DNA of 64,000 nt from Azolla caroliniana (taxonomy: Eukaryota > Plantae > Polypodiophyta): assembly GCA_043228905.1 (NCBI GenBank), contig JBHGNT010000001.1:36704001-36768000 (forward strand), in the 5' to 3' direction. The translations under genes and the position numbers were made by a program. Under the pieces are notes generated by a model. The model did not search any database, was not told the origin of the DNA, and saw nothing but the letters and a program-made list of their open reading frames with translations. Positions 12,901-23,483 of the stretch are shown here, piece by piece; positions within the stretch are counted from its first letter, which is position 1; every line of letters starts with the position of its first letter.

Positions 12901-13763
12901 AAACTAAATTCTAGACAGGCTTCGTGATGTTTATGCTTTTTCATCTAACTCTGCTTGCTTGATGTGGAGAAGCTATTGTTTATATATGCATGAGTAGCCC
13001 TTTATTCTTTTTACAGATTTTAGGCTTTATCTAAGACATCCCTTCCTGTCCAAATGTCTGCAAAGATGGTTTGGTTCACCATCTTTGCAGACATTCATCA
13101 ATGGAAGCACTGTCCAAGAGAAGTGAGGAGTGTTTTATTACAAGTTGACGTCTTGCATGAAAACGAACAGTATGAAAGGAAAGAAAGAGAGGCAGAAAAG
13201 AAACAAGCTTTTTGCTTACCGGTTTGAAGTGGTTCATTAAAGAGAGGACTACGAAAGAAAAGAAAGAGATAATGGAGAAGTGAAAGATGTGTCTTTCTTA
13301 ACATTGTAAGTCATCCACGAATGACAGCAAACAAAGAAAGAGAAGGAAAGCGAATTGTTTTCTCGCCGATTTGAAGTCATCCAGCCATTTGTTTGGAGGA
13401 AACTATCAAAAAGAGAAACATGAAGGAGAGAGGGAAACTGGAAGGGACACCATTACTTGTCTCGCTATTTTGGACTCAATCATCTGTGTTTGGAGGCTAA
13501 AATAAAAAAGGAGAATAGGCAAAAACATAGAGACACGGATAGAAGATAACATGGAGAATTTTCCTTACCATTTTGAAGTCGGTCATGGTTTCAGCCATGC
13601 GATCAACATCATGCCTTCGATCTTTCTTCTTGCCTTCGTCTACCTGAAGTTGGGATTGTGAAGCAGATGAAGAAAAAAGGCGTGTGTGTTTGGCGACAAT
13701 GAATCCGATCGCTGCACAGAGAGCTCCCACGGCTGCCATCTGCAGCGAACCAGAGAAATCCAT
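6977..13763 (-). CDS. PTH2: Peptidyl-tRNA hydrolase 2 (PTH2/Bit1 family), 176 aa, with N-terminal membrane anchor
   Basis: Exons 13763-13569, 12299-12241, 11657-11598, 11497-11428, 7926-7857, 7522-7496 and 7026-6977 (531 nt) give [77 protein letters not shown]. Intron 3 has a GC donor. Confidence 0.95.
8025..8220. repeat. Dispersed repeat of about 200 bp; second copy at about 34447-34665
   Basis: Shared ttcatatgatttataa...aaactaagaaggatctattgttccattacatttatatcta...agaaatgatgaagaaaacaa. Confidence 0.85.
8350..10850 (+). mobile_element. Degenerate Ty1/Copia pol remnant (RT and RNase H) in PTH2 intron 4
   Basis: VLLAIAAKEDLELEK..VKTAFLRGDFKEI (8915-9005), KMSQKFKMKD (about 9210-9240), GVVSKFMSNPSKKHWE (about 10430-10480), and QTTDENTKSL resembling RNase H QxADxxTKxL (about 10775-10803). 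Confidence 0.8.
9246..9450. repeat. Tandem duplication of about 102 bp inside the Copia remnant
   Basis: agcagcacagcataccttaattatgaggatgac...ccaattga at 9246 and 9348. Confidence 0.9.
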
Positions 13764-14599
13764 CGTTAATTTCTCGTGTTTCTTCTTTCTGTTTGTCTGT
13801 CTCCTTTCTTCTTCTTCTTCTTTTTCTTCTGGTTAAAAGTTAGAACAATTTACCAGTAGACTGGCCTGCCCTTCTCCAGTTTTCTGAAACACGCATTATA
13901 CCCCTGTGGCGAATCCTTAAGGAAATTCTGGTGTAGTATCATAAGCGTGCGCTATGATCTCAGGAGGAGTTAGGATATTTGCCAATCATTAATTACTCAC
14001 TGCAGTGGCCTCCTCGCTCGCATGCTTCTTTCAATCGAACTTATTGACTCCTATACGTTCATTTAAGCTGAGACCGGGGAGGGGATTCTCCATAATCATC
14101 GAGTCATGCAAAGTATTTGTGTGGTGCCTAGCATAAACCCCTAGAGAGCTTACATACTCCTTATTCGAGCATAGAAATGGATGTTAATGATGCTAAGACA
14201 TTCTTCTCATCATATTCCCCTTCAAGTTTGAGTATAAGGCTCGAAGCCAAAAACAAAACCGAGAGAAAACAAGGAATGGAATTTGCCCTTGCTTCAGCAA
14301 CGAGTTTCGCAAGTCGCTGCACACAAAGTAGCACATGGATCTCGAAACACCAACAGTGAAATTCTACTACAACCTAGGGCAGTAGCTACATTCTCCATAA
14401 GTTCTAAAGTTTAATCCCTAAGCTTTTTTCTTCTTCTTTTTTAACAAACAAAAGATACACCCTGGTATTATAAAATCATAAGCAATACAAAAAATGATGG
14501 TTGTTTCGGTGAGAAGAACAACACCACCGAAACAAAGCTAATGCCAACCATAAATTCATCCATCCATTCTTGAGGAGAATTGGACCTAAAAACATTTTT

Positions 14600-14666
14600 G
14601 ATTCATGGATATTTGCAGCCTCCATGCCGATGAGAGATGGCTGAAATAATACTTTGGACATCGGAA
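14600..14666 (-). pseudogene. ACT: Actin fragment (about 22 codons)
   Basis: FRCP(frameshift)[18 protein letters not shown] matches the actin segment [23 protein letters not shown]. Confidence 0.8.
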
Positions 14667-14689
14667 TCACTATACACATGTAGTTATCA

Positions 14690-14921
14690 CTCCATTCCAC
14701 AATATAACATTTCAACTTGACAACTTTCCAAGCAATTTTTGTGCTTTCAAAGGAGCACCACATTTAACATACATGCTGATCAAAACTGTTGCTATATATG
14801 AGCTTTTTCCAGCAACCCTTTTTGTCACAATATATGCATGTATTCTAGAATCTTCACAAAGATCCTTCCACCAAGCACAAGCTTTGAGAAATGACACAAC
14901 ATTGAAATCTTGTTTTGACAT
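14690..14921 (-). pseudogene. PLS-class PPR gene fragment
   Basis: VSFLKACAWWKDLCEDSRIHAYI...SSYIATVLISMYVKCGAPLKAQKLL resembles L and S PPR motifs; truncated. Confidence 0.8.
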
Positions 14922-15159
14922 TCTCTTATTTTCTCTTTTCAGTGTTGATACTATAATGTTCTTCTTCCCCTATTTTCTCTTAAATTTTAAGTTTTTGACC
15001 GATTCCCTTGTACTCTCATCATAGCCGATTTATTGAGCATAGTCAATCGTAGCAGCAACTTTCCAGCGCCATTCCTCATAGTCGATTTGATGTGTATATG
15101 CAAGAACAACACATTTGTACACCATATCTCCAAAAAAATTATCGTCTACTCCTCCCAAA

Positions 15160-15760
15160 CTTCAATTGAGCATTCCATGAACCCTATAGCACCCAAAATC
15201 TGTAACAACAGAATGTCCATAATCCCTAGGCTTATGACATAAGCAATCAACAACATAGGATAGGTTGTCAAGCATGCTCTTGGAGTCCAAAACAACTCTC
15301 ACCTCGAACTTTGGTTCATCAATAACTTGAATATGAGGTGGGGACCACAAGGTTCCAATAGCAAGTCCTGGAACACTCAGTGAGATGTAAATGATAACAT
15401 TGTTAGTTTTATTTATTGTCGTGTTATTCAACATATACACCGGCTTAGAAGAGGGAGGGGAATGGATCATAAATGTTATCATTTCCGCATATGATGGCTT
15501 GTATATTTTTGCTACTTCGAGATATGAGTTTATACTCACGATCATGGATATCTATTCTCCAATATTTTATTGAGAACAGCGGTGTAACACATGGGAGAAC
15601 AATGATGACGGCATTGTAATGATAATTATTTAGTGGAAGTATTCTACTTAAAATTCCTGGTTTTAATCCGACTAGTACATGAAGGTTGACTTGGCTTAAT
15701 AGATCCTCTGTTCCAAAGTAAGGCCCTTCTTGCAAAGCATGTTGTGAGAGGATCAATGCA
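15160..15760 (-). mobile_element. Possible LINE ORF1 (DUF4283-like) remnant
   Basis: Broken ORFs containing ALQEGPYF and EVRVVLD, loosely similar to plant LINE ORF1. Confidence 0.3.
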
Positions 15761-16304
15761 TGGGAATGAGTTGTGGAAAAAGTTATGGTTATTATATCTT
15801 CGTAACATTAAACCTACAATAAGAGGATAGTGGCAGGATAGTTTTCGATGGTTGTTTAACTCTAAATTTCCAATTAAGGCTCATAATGTTGGTTCTATGA
15901 GATTTTTTACGGTATTTTGAGGGCATGGAAGGACATTAGAGAGGCTCTCCTATTTCAACTTCCACCATCAGAAGCCTAATTCTTAAGGTAGACGTTGTTA
16001 TGGAATCCTTTGTTTACGGATAACTCTGGTTGTGTTTTAGGAATTAGACCATGTTTATCATGGGGAAAATGGACTCGGGACCAGCTACCTTAGTGGCTGC
16101 TCGAGAGCAGTTCCAACAACACTCGGTGTCCAACTGCACTCAGCAGAGGACAAAAAACAATTTTCATCTTCTTTATGTGGGCGTTGTTTGATATCCAAGC
16201 TGATTCAACAAGTTATACCTAAGTGTCAAAGTCAACTGAATTTGGCTAATACTTATACATGGTATGGTCTTTTATCTCCTTTGGGTGTTTTAATAGGTGC
16301 TCGG

Positions 16305-16859
16305 TGTCATGAAAATTTCCGGCTATAGTGTGAAACCAGGGTGGAATAGGCAAGTTGGCAATGTGCAACATGTGCACATGTATAGTAGTAAAATGGTGTA
16401 TAGAATAAGGGGGAGAATTCATCCCACATCGTAACGTCTCTCCCTCCTTGGGCTATAAAAGGAAGGGAGGTGTCTCTTGTGAAGGGGTTGCCTATTTTGA
16501 GTGTGAGAGGTATACCACTTAGGTCGAGGGGTCCTATTCGGTTTTAGGGTTTCTTCTAGGGTTCTTCATCTTCTTCTTTACTTAGGAGGTTAGGGTTTCT
16601 TGTAGTCGTTGGGTTTTGGCCTATGCCGCCATGGTTGTATTCGTTTGTGGATTCATAATATAACTTGCTTGTGTATCTTGTCTTGTTGAAGTATTTTGCC
16701 TCCATCAATCTCTTGTTCTATCTTCATGTCATATTCATTCTCTTCTCCCCTTGAGCTAAGCTTCCATTTTTGTGTCTTATTCCTTCTCCTCTACTCCCTA
16801 GTCCAAGACCCCTATGGTCCTACCTTGGATAATACACGTACTCGCGGAATACCGTGACA
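16305..16859 (+). mobile_element. Solo LTR (555 bp)
   Basis: Termini TGTCATG...CGTGACA are inverted TG...CA ends; internal TATAAAAGG at about 16454; flanks (c)tcgg and ccgg form an imperfect TSD. Confidence 0.8.
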
Positions 16860-16975
16860 CCGGGCATATGCTAACCAGGGTCAAATAAGATTTTATGACA
16901 TTGGCGATGATGGTCTTTTATATTTAGTGGATGTAGAAGCTGAAGTTATGCAGTTAACCTCCGAAAAACCCATTA

Positions 16976-17440
16976 GGGTTATTGCTCGATTGGACAAGAA
17001 GATTTTCTTAGATCCGAGCCCTTTTTTGGCGGACCATGCAGTACAAATATAGGCATTCCAAAGTAAGCCAGTGACACATCTTAATTGGGACCTAGATGAT
17101 TATGCATGGCGATTGGTTGGTTGTTCCTCGACAAATGAACAAGAGAGTATGATTCTCCCCTTTTTCCAATATTCTGTGGCATATGGGAGACGGGTTATTG
17201 CTCGATTGGACAAGAAGATTTTCTTAGATCCGAGCCCTTTTTTGGTGGACCATGCAGTACAAATACGAGCATTCCAAAGTAAGCTAGTGACACATCTTAA
17301 TTGGGACCCAGATGATTATGCATGGTGGTTGGTTGGTTGTTCCTCGACAAATGAACAAGAGAGTACGATTCTCCCCGTTTTCCAATATTCTGTGGCATAT
17401 GGGAGACGGGTTATTGCTCGATTGGACAAGAAGACTTTCT
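16976..17440. repeat. Tandem repeat of about 216 bp (2 copies plus a partial)
   Basis: gggttattgctcgattggacaagaaga at about 16976, 17192 and 17408; visible as a repeated peptide in ORF 17071-17445. Confidence 0.9.
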
Positions 17441-18259
17441 TATAAATATAAGGGCGCAATTTTTACATGGGGGGCTATTTTTTGGGGTTCTTTGGATGAG
17501 TAGGTATCTTTGTACGAGGCGGAGCAATGCACAGAAGCATTACGTGTGTTGAAGAATACAACCGAACCAGTTCTTCCGAACATTCTTGGTGGTAAATTTT
17601 TTAGAAATTCTTTTGTTTGGAATATTGTTTCAGTTAATGCTTTATGGGTGTGATGGAAGTGCCGTTGCAGCAAGAAATATGAAGGCATCGAGTACAATGT
17701 GGTGGATATGATTAAGATGTTGTGGGACAACTTGGTGCACACAGTTTTTTTTTTTCAAAGAAAGATACACCTTAGTATATTACTTGAGAAATGTACATAT
17801 AGAAAACAGAAGGAGACATTTCATCTCACCTCTATTGTAATACAAGGGCTAATACCAACATTGGATCAAACAGACGATATCATATAAGAAACAAGTGGGG
17901 CACAAACTGCAAGTTATGCAATAAAAAATAAGGTATGGCATAATTCCACCTCATACCACAAGTTGTATCTGAAAATAAGTGAAAATAGGTGCACACAGTT
18001 AAGCGAGAATGTGATAGTATTAAAGGAACACCAAAAAAGGTGCATAAGAAAAGGCGAAAAATCCGTAAAATATGGTGGTCAATACACCTCTAGTTGGATG
18101 AGTCACATGAAGATCGTTGGAATTATGTTCCACCACGCTAGTTATTCTCGCCCCCTAGTCCTTTCTTGTTTCAAACATAATAGTGGGGTAGATAGTTTCT
18201 TCTTTTCTCTTTATCTTACAGGTTGACATGAAGAACATAAAAGAGGCGGATGGGATTTG

Positions 18260-19190
18260 GGTAGTTCTGTGGATTGACAAGGACGAGATGGTGGATGCGA
18301 AAAATGAAGCATTTTCTGATTTTGGATAAGGATGAGTGATGATGATGTTGAGGGTTGTAACATAATTTAATGAGAGACGAGGAGAGTACTGTCATTTTGT
18401 TTTTTTTGGTACACAATTTTGGTGGTAAATGAACGAGAGTGAGATGGTTGATGTGGATTATTGAAGCACAATTCATGTTTTTGATACGGATGAGTGATGG
18501 TGGTGTGGGGGCTGAAGCATAGTCTCTTCAGAAAACTAAGTTGTTTGTATGTACAGGATTGTGGTGGTAATCGGCGAGAAGTTTGATGTAGACTTGAGGA
18601 AGCAAAATGCATGTTTTTTATAAGGATGAGTGTTGGTGGTGTGGGGGTTGAAGCAGAATCTATTTAGAAGAATAGTCTCATTTAGTTGTTTGTATGTACA
18701 GGTTTTGGCAGTAATCCGTGAGAAGTTGATGTGGACTTGATGAAGCAAAATGTATGTTTTTGGATAAGGATGGGTGATGAGGCTGTGGGGGACGAAGCAT
18801 ACTCTCATGAGGGGATGATGAAAAAAGACTCATGTGTTGTTGTATGTGCAGGATTTTGATGGTATTCGGCGAGATGGACGATGTGGACTTAATGACGTAG
18901 AATTTATGTTTTGAGTGATGATGGTGTGGAGGTTGAAGCACATTCTCATGAGGAGATGAGGAATTTAGACACATTTTATTGTTTATGTGCAGGAATTTGG
19001 TGTATTCATTGAGATGGTTGATGAGGACTTAACAAAGTAGTTTTTATGTTTTTTTATAAGGACGAGTGATGATGGTGTGGGGGCCGAAGAATACACTCAT
19101 GGGGAGAGGAGGAAACTTGACTTAATTTGTTGTTGTATGTATAGGAATTTGGTGGTAATCCGGCAAGATGGTTGATGGGGAAAGAGGAAG
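18260..19190. repeat. Degenerate G/T-rich satellite array, block 1 (unit about 130-160 bp)
   Basis: Recurrent ggatgagtgatgatggtgtgggggctgaagca and ggcgagatggttgatgtggact motifs, at least 6 units. Confidence 0.85.
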
Positions 19191-19279
19191 CATAGTTGTT
19201 GACTTTACAACCACGAATGTGAAAAGTGGTCTCTTGAAAAACCAAATAACGTAGTTGATCGCCCTCAAAATCGAGATGT

Positions 19280-19550
19280 ACAGGTTGAAGAAGTATTGAA
19301 TGGCTCATAACTATGACTTCATAGGGTTTGTTTCCGAATAGAGCTACTTTCGTTGTTGCCTATGGATATGGATACCTTGCAATGTATCTAGGGAATAGAT
19401 TGTAATTGTTGGACTGTTTTCTCTATGTTGGAGTACATAGATTTGTTTCCTCAACCATTGTCTACACAAGACGGGCTTGGGAAAAAATAATTTGTATGAT
19501 GTAATCGTTATGACCTTTCTTTATAACTAATGGAAGGATAATTTGTTTTG
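19280..19550 (+). repeat. PPR-like fragment plus conserved motif; homologous copy on the minus strand at 63185-63462
   Basis: aggttgaagaagtattgaa...tttccgaatagagctacttt...gttggagtacatagatttgtttcctcaaccattgtc...aactaatggaaggata present in both. Confidence 0.85.
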
Positions 19551-19779
19551 AAAATAAAAATAAAAAATATCCCTCGTTCTTCATGTTCTCAACACTTTAT
19601 TGTCTCATGGTTAGAAGCATTATCCTTGTTTTTTATTGACATCGTCATGTAGTAGGAAGCGTGGTAAAATCCTTGGAAATGGAGGTACTTGTATCTTCTT
19701 TATTATTATTTTGGCATGGAAAGGGAGAGAGTGTTTCTTTCATTTGGGGGCCAAAGAGATGGGAGATATAGTTGAGAGT

Positions 19780-21030
19780 TCACGCCTGACCTTTGAGACA
19801 TTTGGATTGCGTGGAAGTGCAACAATTATTACACATCTTGCCCAATTATGGGTTTCTTTATCGAGAATGTGGAAAACTAGACACTTACATGAAGAACATA
19901 CGACTTGCTCAAACTAGACCACGAGTAGAATATGAGAATGGCAAAAGTACGACGATAGAACATATTTTGTGTATTGATGATGCATGTGTATGCAAGATGA
20001 GTATGTTTGCACTCGAGTAGACACACCCAATCCTATTTATATCAATAACAATATCAGTAATACTCTTTTTTGGTGGATCATGCAATACAAATATACGTAT
20101 TCCAAAGTAAGCCAGTGGCACATCCTAAGTGGGACCCAACTAATTATGCATGGTGGTTGGTTGGTTGTTCCTCGACAAATGAACAAGTGAGTAGGATTCT
20201 CCCATTTTTCTAATACTCTGTAGCATATGGGAGACAATTTTTTATGCAACGGTAATGCGTAAATCCTGTTGTAGAAAAGCATTGGGAGTCAGGTGCTATA
20301 TCGCATCAATATATTTGGACATTTTGGAAAACTTTATGGGTTTTACCATGTATGCGGAGAGCAATTTCTTTTAAGTGGTTAATGATTCTTTATGCTTTAC
20401 CTGTAGGTTTTCATTTAAAAGGGCAAGTCGATGATCGTCGTTGTGTATGTTGCCAAGTACAGGAGGAAACTTCAAAACATTTATTTTTGACTTGTAGTGT
20501 AGTTCGAAAGTATTGGGGAAGAATATTGAGGATGTTTTCTTGTAAATATAAGGGAGCAATTTTTACATGGGGGGTTGTTTTCTAGGGGTCTTTGAATGTG
20601 CAGGTATCTTTGTATGAGGCAAAGCAAGGCGCCAAAGCATTACTTATGTCAGAGAGTACAATTGAAGCAGTTTGTCCTAACATTGTTGGTGATAAATATT
20701 TTAAAAATTCTTTTGTTTGAAATATTGTCTCAATTAATGCTTTATGGGTGTGGTGGAAGTGTCATTGCAACAAGAAATATGAAGGCATCGAGTACAATAT
20801 TGTCGATATGATTAAGATGTTTTGGGACAACTTGGTGCACACAGTTAAAGGAGAGTATGATAGTAGTAAAGGAACGCCGGAAAAGGTGCATAAGAAAAGG
20901 CGAAAACTTCGTAAAATATGGTGGTCAATACCTCTCTAGCTGGATGAATCACATGAAGATTGTTGGAATTATGCTCCACCACGTTGGTTATTCCCTCCTC
21001 CTATTCCTTTCTTATTTTAAAGATAATTGT
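19780..21030 (+). mobile_element. LINE ORF2 3' remnant, copy 2, with zf-RVT domain
   Basis: FKWLMILYALPVG...CVCCQVQEETSKHLFLTCSVVRKYW is the zf-RVT CxxC...HLFxxC motif. Confidence 0.85.
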
Positions 21031-21059
21031 GAGGAAGGACATAGAGAGGCAGATGTGAT

Positions 21060-22200
21060 AGGGGCGGGCATGTGGAGTGACAGGGGTAAGATGTTGGATG
21101 AGGAAAATGAAGCATCTTCTAATTTTGGAAAAGGATGAGTGATGAAGATGTTGAGGGCTATAACCGATTTAATGAGCAGAGAGGAGAGTGGTGTCACTTT
21201 GACTAAAAGGGAGAATTGCTTATGTGTTTATTAATTTTCAGATTTGGAGATTGTTTTTCTCTTTTCTTTGTTAGGTGGATTGAATGAAGAAGTTTTTAGG
21301 TTTCTCACTGCGATGACTGATGATGATGTGGTAACATGACGAGAGGATGAGTGATGATGGTGTGGGGGGCAAAGCAGATCATGACGGAAGTAGGAAATAG
21401 TCTACATTCATTTTGTTGTTATTTATACATAACTTGCCAATATTCAGTGAGATGGTTGATGTGGACTGAATGAAGAATTTTTGTCATAAGGAGGACTTAA
21501 GACGGTGTGTGGGTCGAAGCATTGTTTGTTTGAGGTGATGAGGTTACTATAATATCATTTTGTTGACATAGGTACATCGTTTTGGGAGATTTCTATATAT
21601 ATATATATTGTTGTTCTTTAGGATGAGTAATGATGACGGTAGAGATTGAAGCATATTGCTATGATGAGAGGATGAGTGATGATGGTGTGGAGGCTGAAGT
21701 AGATCATGAGGAGAGGAGGAAATATTCTAGACTCATTTTATTGTTATTTGTACAAGAATTGGGTGGTAATCGGCGAGATGGTGATGTGGATTGAATGAAG
21801 AAATTTTTTCTGTGATAAGGATGAGTGAAGATGGTGGGGGGTTCGAATTTTTTTGTTGTTAGTACAGGATTTTCGTGGCCATTGGCGAGATGTCAAGATG
21901 ATCGGCTCATTAAGATTATGCGGACTGGATGAAGAAGATTTTAGGTTTCTCATTATGATGTGTGTTGATGGTGTGGCGATAGTGATTGAAGCATAGTAAT
22001 ATGATAATAGGATGAGTGATGACGGTGTGGGAGCCGAAGCAAATCATGAGGGAGGAGGAAATAGTCTAGATTTATTTCATTTTTAGTTGTACAGGAACTT
22101 GGCGTAATCGGCAAGATGATTTATGTGGACTGAATGAATATTTTTTTTGTTATAAGGATGAGTGAAGAAGGTGTAGGGGTTGAAGCATATTTTATTGAGG
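21060..22200. repeat. Degenerate G/T-rich satellite array, block 2
   Basis: Same motifs as 18260-19190. Confidence 0.85.
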
Positions 22201-22214
22201 GTCATTGAGAGATG

Positions 22215-22550
22215 GGTATATTATTCATGAACATGTGGTTTGGGATGAGATTGAAAAAGATGTCATGGCCAGTACTTTACTCATCGATATGTATGGCAAA
22301 TGTGGTGCTTTGGAAGAAGCTCCATTGACATTTGAAGATATGTGTGAGATGACTGTAGTCTCTTAGAATACTTTAAGTGAAGCATATAACGGCAACAAAC
22401 AAGGGGAAGAAGAGGACACATTTCATCTTTTTATTGAATTGCAGCATGAAGGTGTAATGCTAGATGAGGTCACTTTCATATTTCTCAAGAAGGAGAATAC
22501 AAAACCTCATGTAGTGAACTTTCTGGGTGTTTTAACTGTTTTTGCAAATC
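22215..22550 (+). pseudogene. PLS-class PPR fragment
   Basis: IIHEHVV...STLLIDMYGKCGALEEA...VVS*NTL...[19 protein letters not shown], with an internal stop. Confidence 0.8.
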
Positions 22551-22584
22551 TCACTTCGATGGTTATTTGAGATTTTCGGATGAT

Positions 22585-23483
22585 TTGGAAACACTTGAGA
22601 AGGTTGTTAAGCTTCTTGCATACATCAATGATAAGGATCTGTTTGTAGAATTCTACAGGAAGAAGCTTCATCTGAGGCTTCTATTTGACAAGAGTGCAAA
22701 TGATGATCATGAACAGAGTATTCTCACAAAGTTGAAGCAACAATGTGGAGGTCATTTCACCTCCAAAATTGGAGGGTATGGTGACCGATTTTTGACTTTG
22801 ATGCAATTGATGCATCTATTATAAGAATAATGAAGAGTAGAAAAGTGGTACCACATCAACAACTAATGCTAGAATGTGTGACAACTTGGGCGGATGTTCA
22901 AGCCTGAATTCAAGATTATCAAGAAGAGGATTGAAGACTTGATTGCAAGGGAATACTTGGAGAGAGACATAGAGAAACCTGATGTTTTCATGTACTTGGC
23001 ATAATGAAGCAAGAAAAAGAAAGAGTTTGGCATTATTTACATGCAAGCAGTGAACCAAAACTGTTGGAGAAAGTTCAACATGAGTTGCTTACCCAATATA
23101 AGCAACAACTATTGGAAAAGGAGCATTCAGGATGCCATGCATTGCGGAGAGATGACAAGGTGGAGGAGTTGTCAAGGATGTATCGGTTAATTTTGTAAAA
23201 TAACGGCAGGTCTTTGATCCCATTGCAAACATTTTCAAGAAGCATATCACCGATGAAGGAATGACATTAGTAAAGCAAGCAGAATATACAACAAGCAATA
23301 AAAAGGTTGAGAAGAAGGATGTTGTAATTGGATTAGACCAGGCATTTTGTACGGAATGTGTTTGAATTGCATGATAAATATCTGCAATATGTGAGTAATG
23401 CTTTGTACATCATTCCCTCTTTCACAAGGCTCTAAAGGAAGCTTTTGAAGTCTTTTTGTAACAAAGGTGTTGCTGGAAGCAGC
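22585..23483 (+). pseudogene. CUL1: Intronless, rearranged cullin-1 fragments
   Basis: [27 protein letters not shown]...[15 protein letters not shown], then IIRIMKSRK...[17 protein letters not shown]...FMYLA*, then [28 protein letters not shown]...FHKALKEAF..FCNKGVAGSS; frameshifted. Confidence 0.9.

Larger units (their letters stand above)
16200..18170 (+). mobile_element. LINE ORF2 3' remnant, copy 1 (interrupted by a solo LTR; internal 216-bp duplication)
   Basis: 17070-17170, 17440-17745 and 17995-18170 are similar to 20105-20230 and 20545-21015 of the zf-RVT-bearing copy. The frame IQQVIPK...LIGAR|AYANQGQ...RVIARLDKK is continuous once the LTR is removed. Confidence 0.7.
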
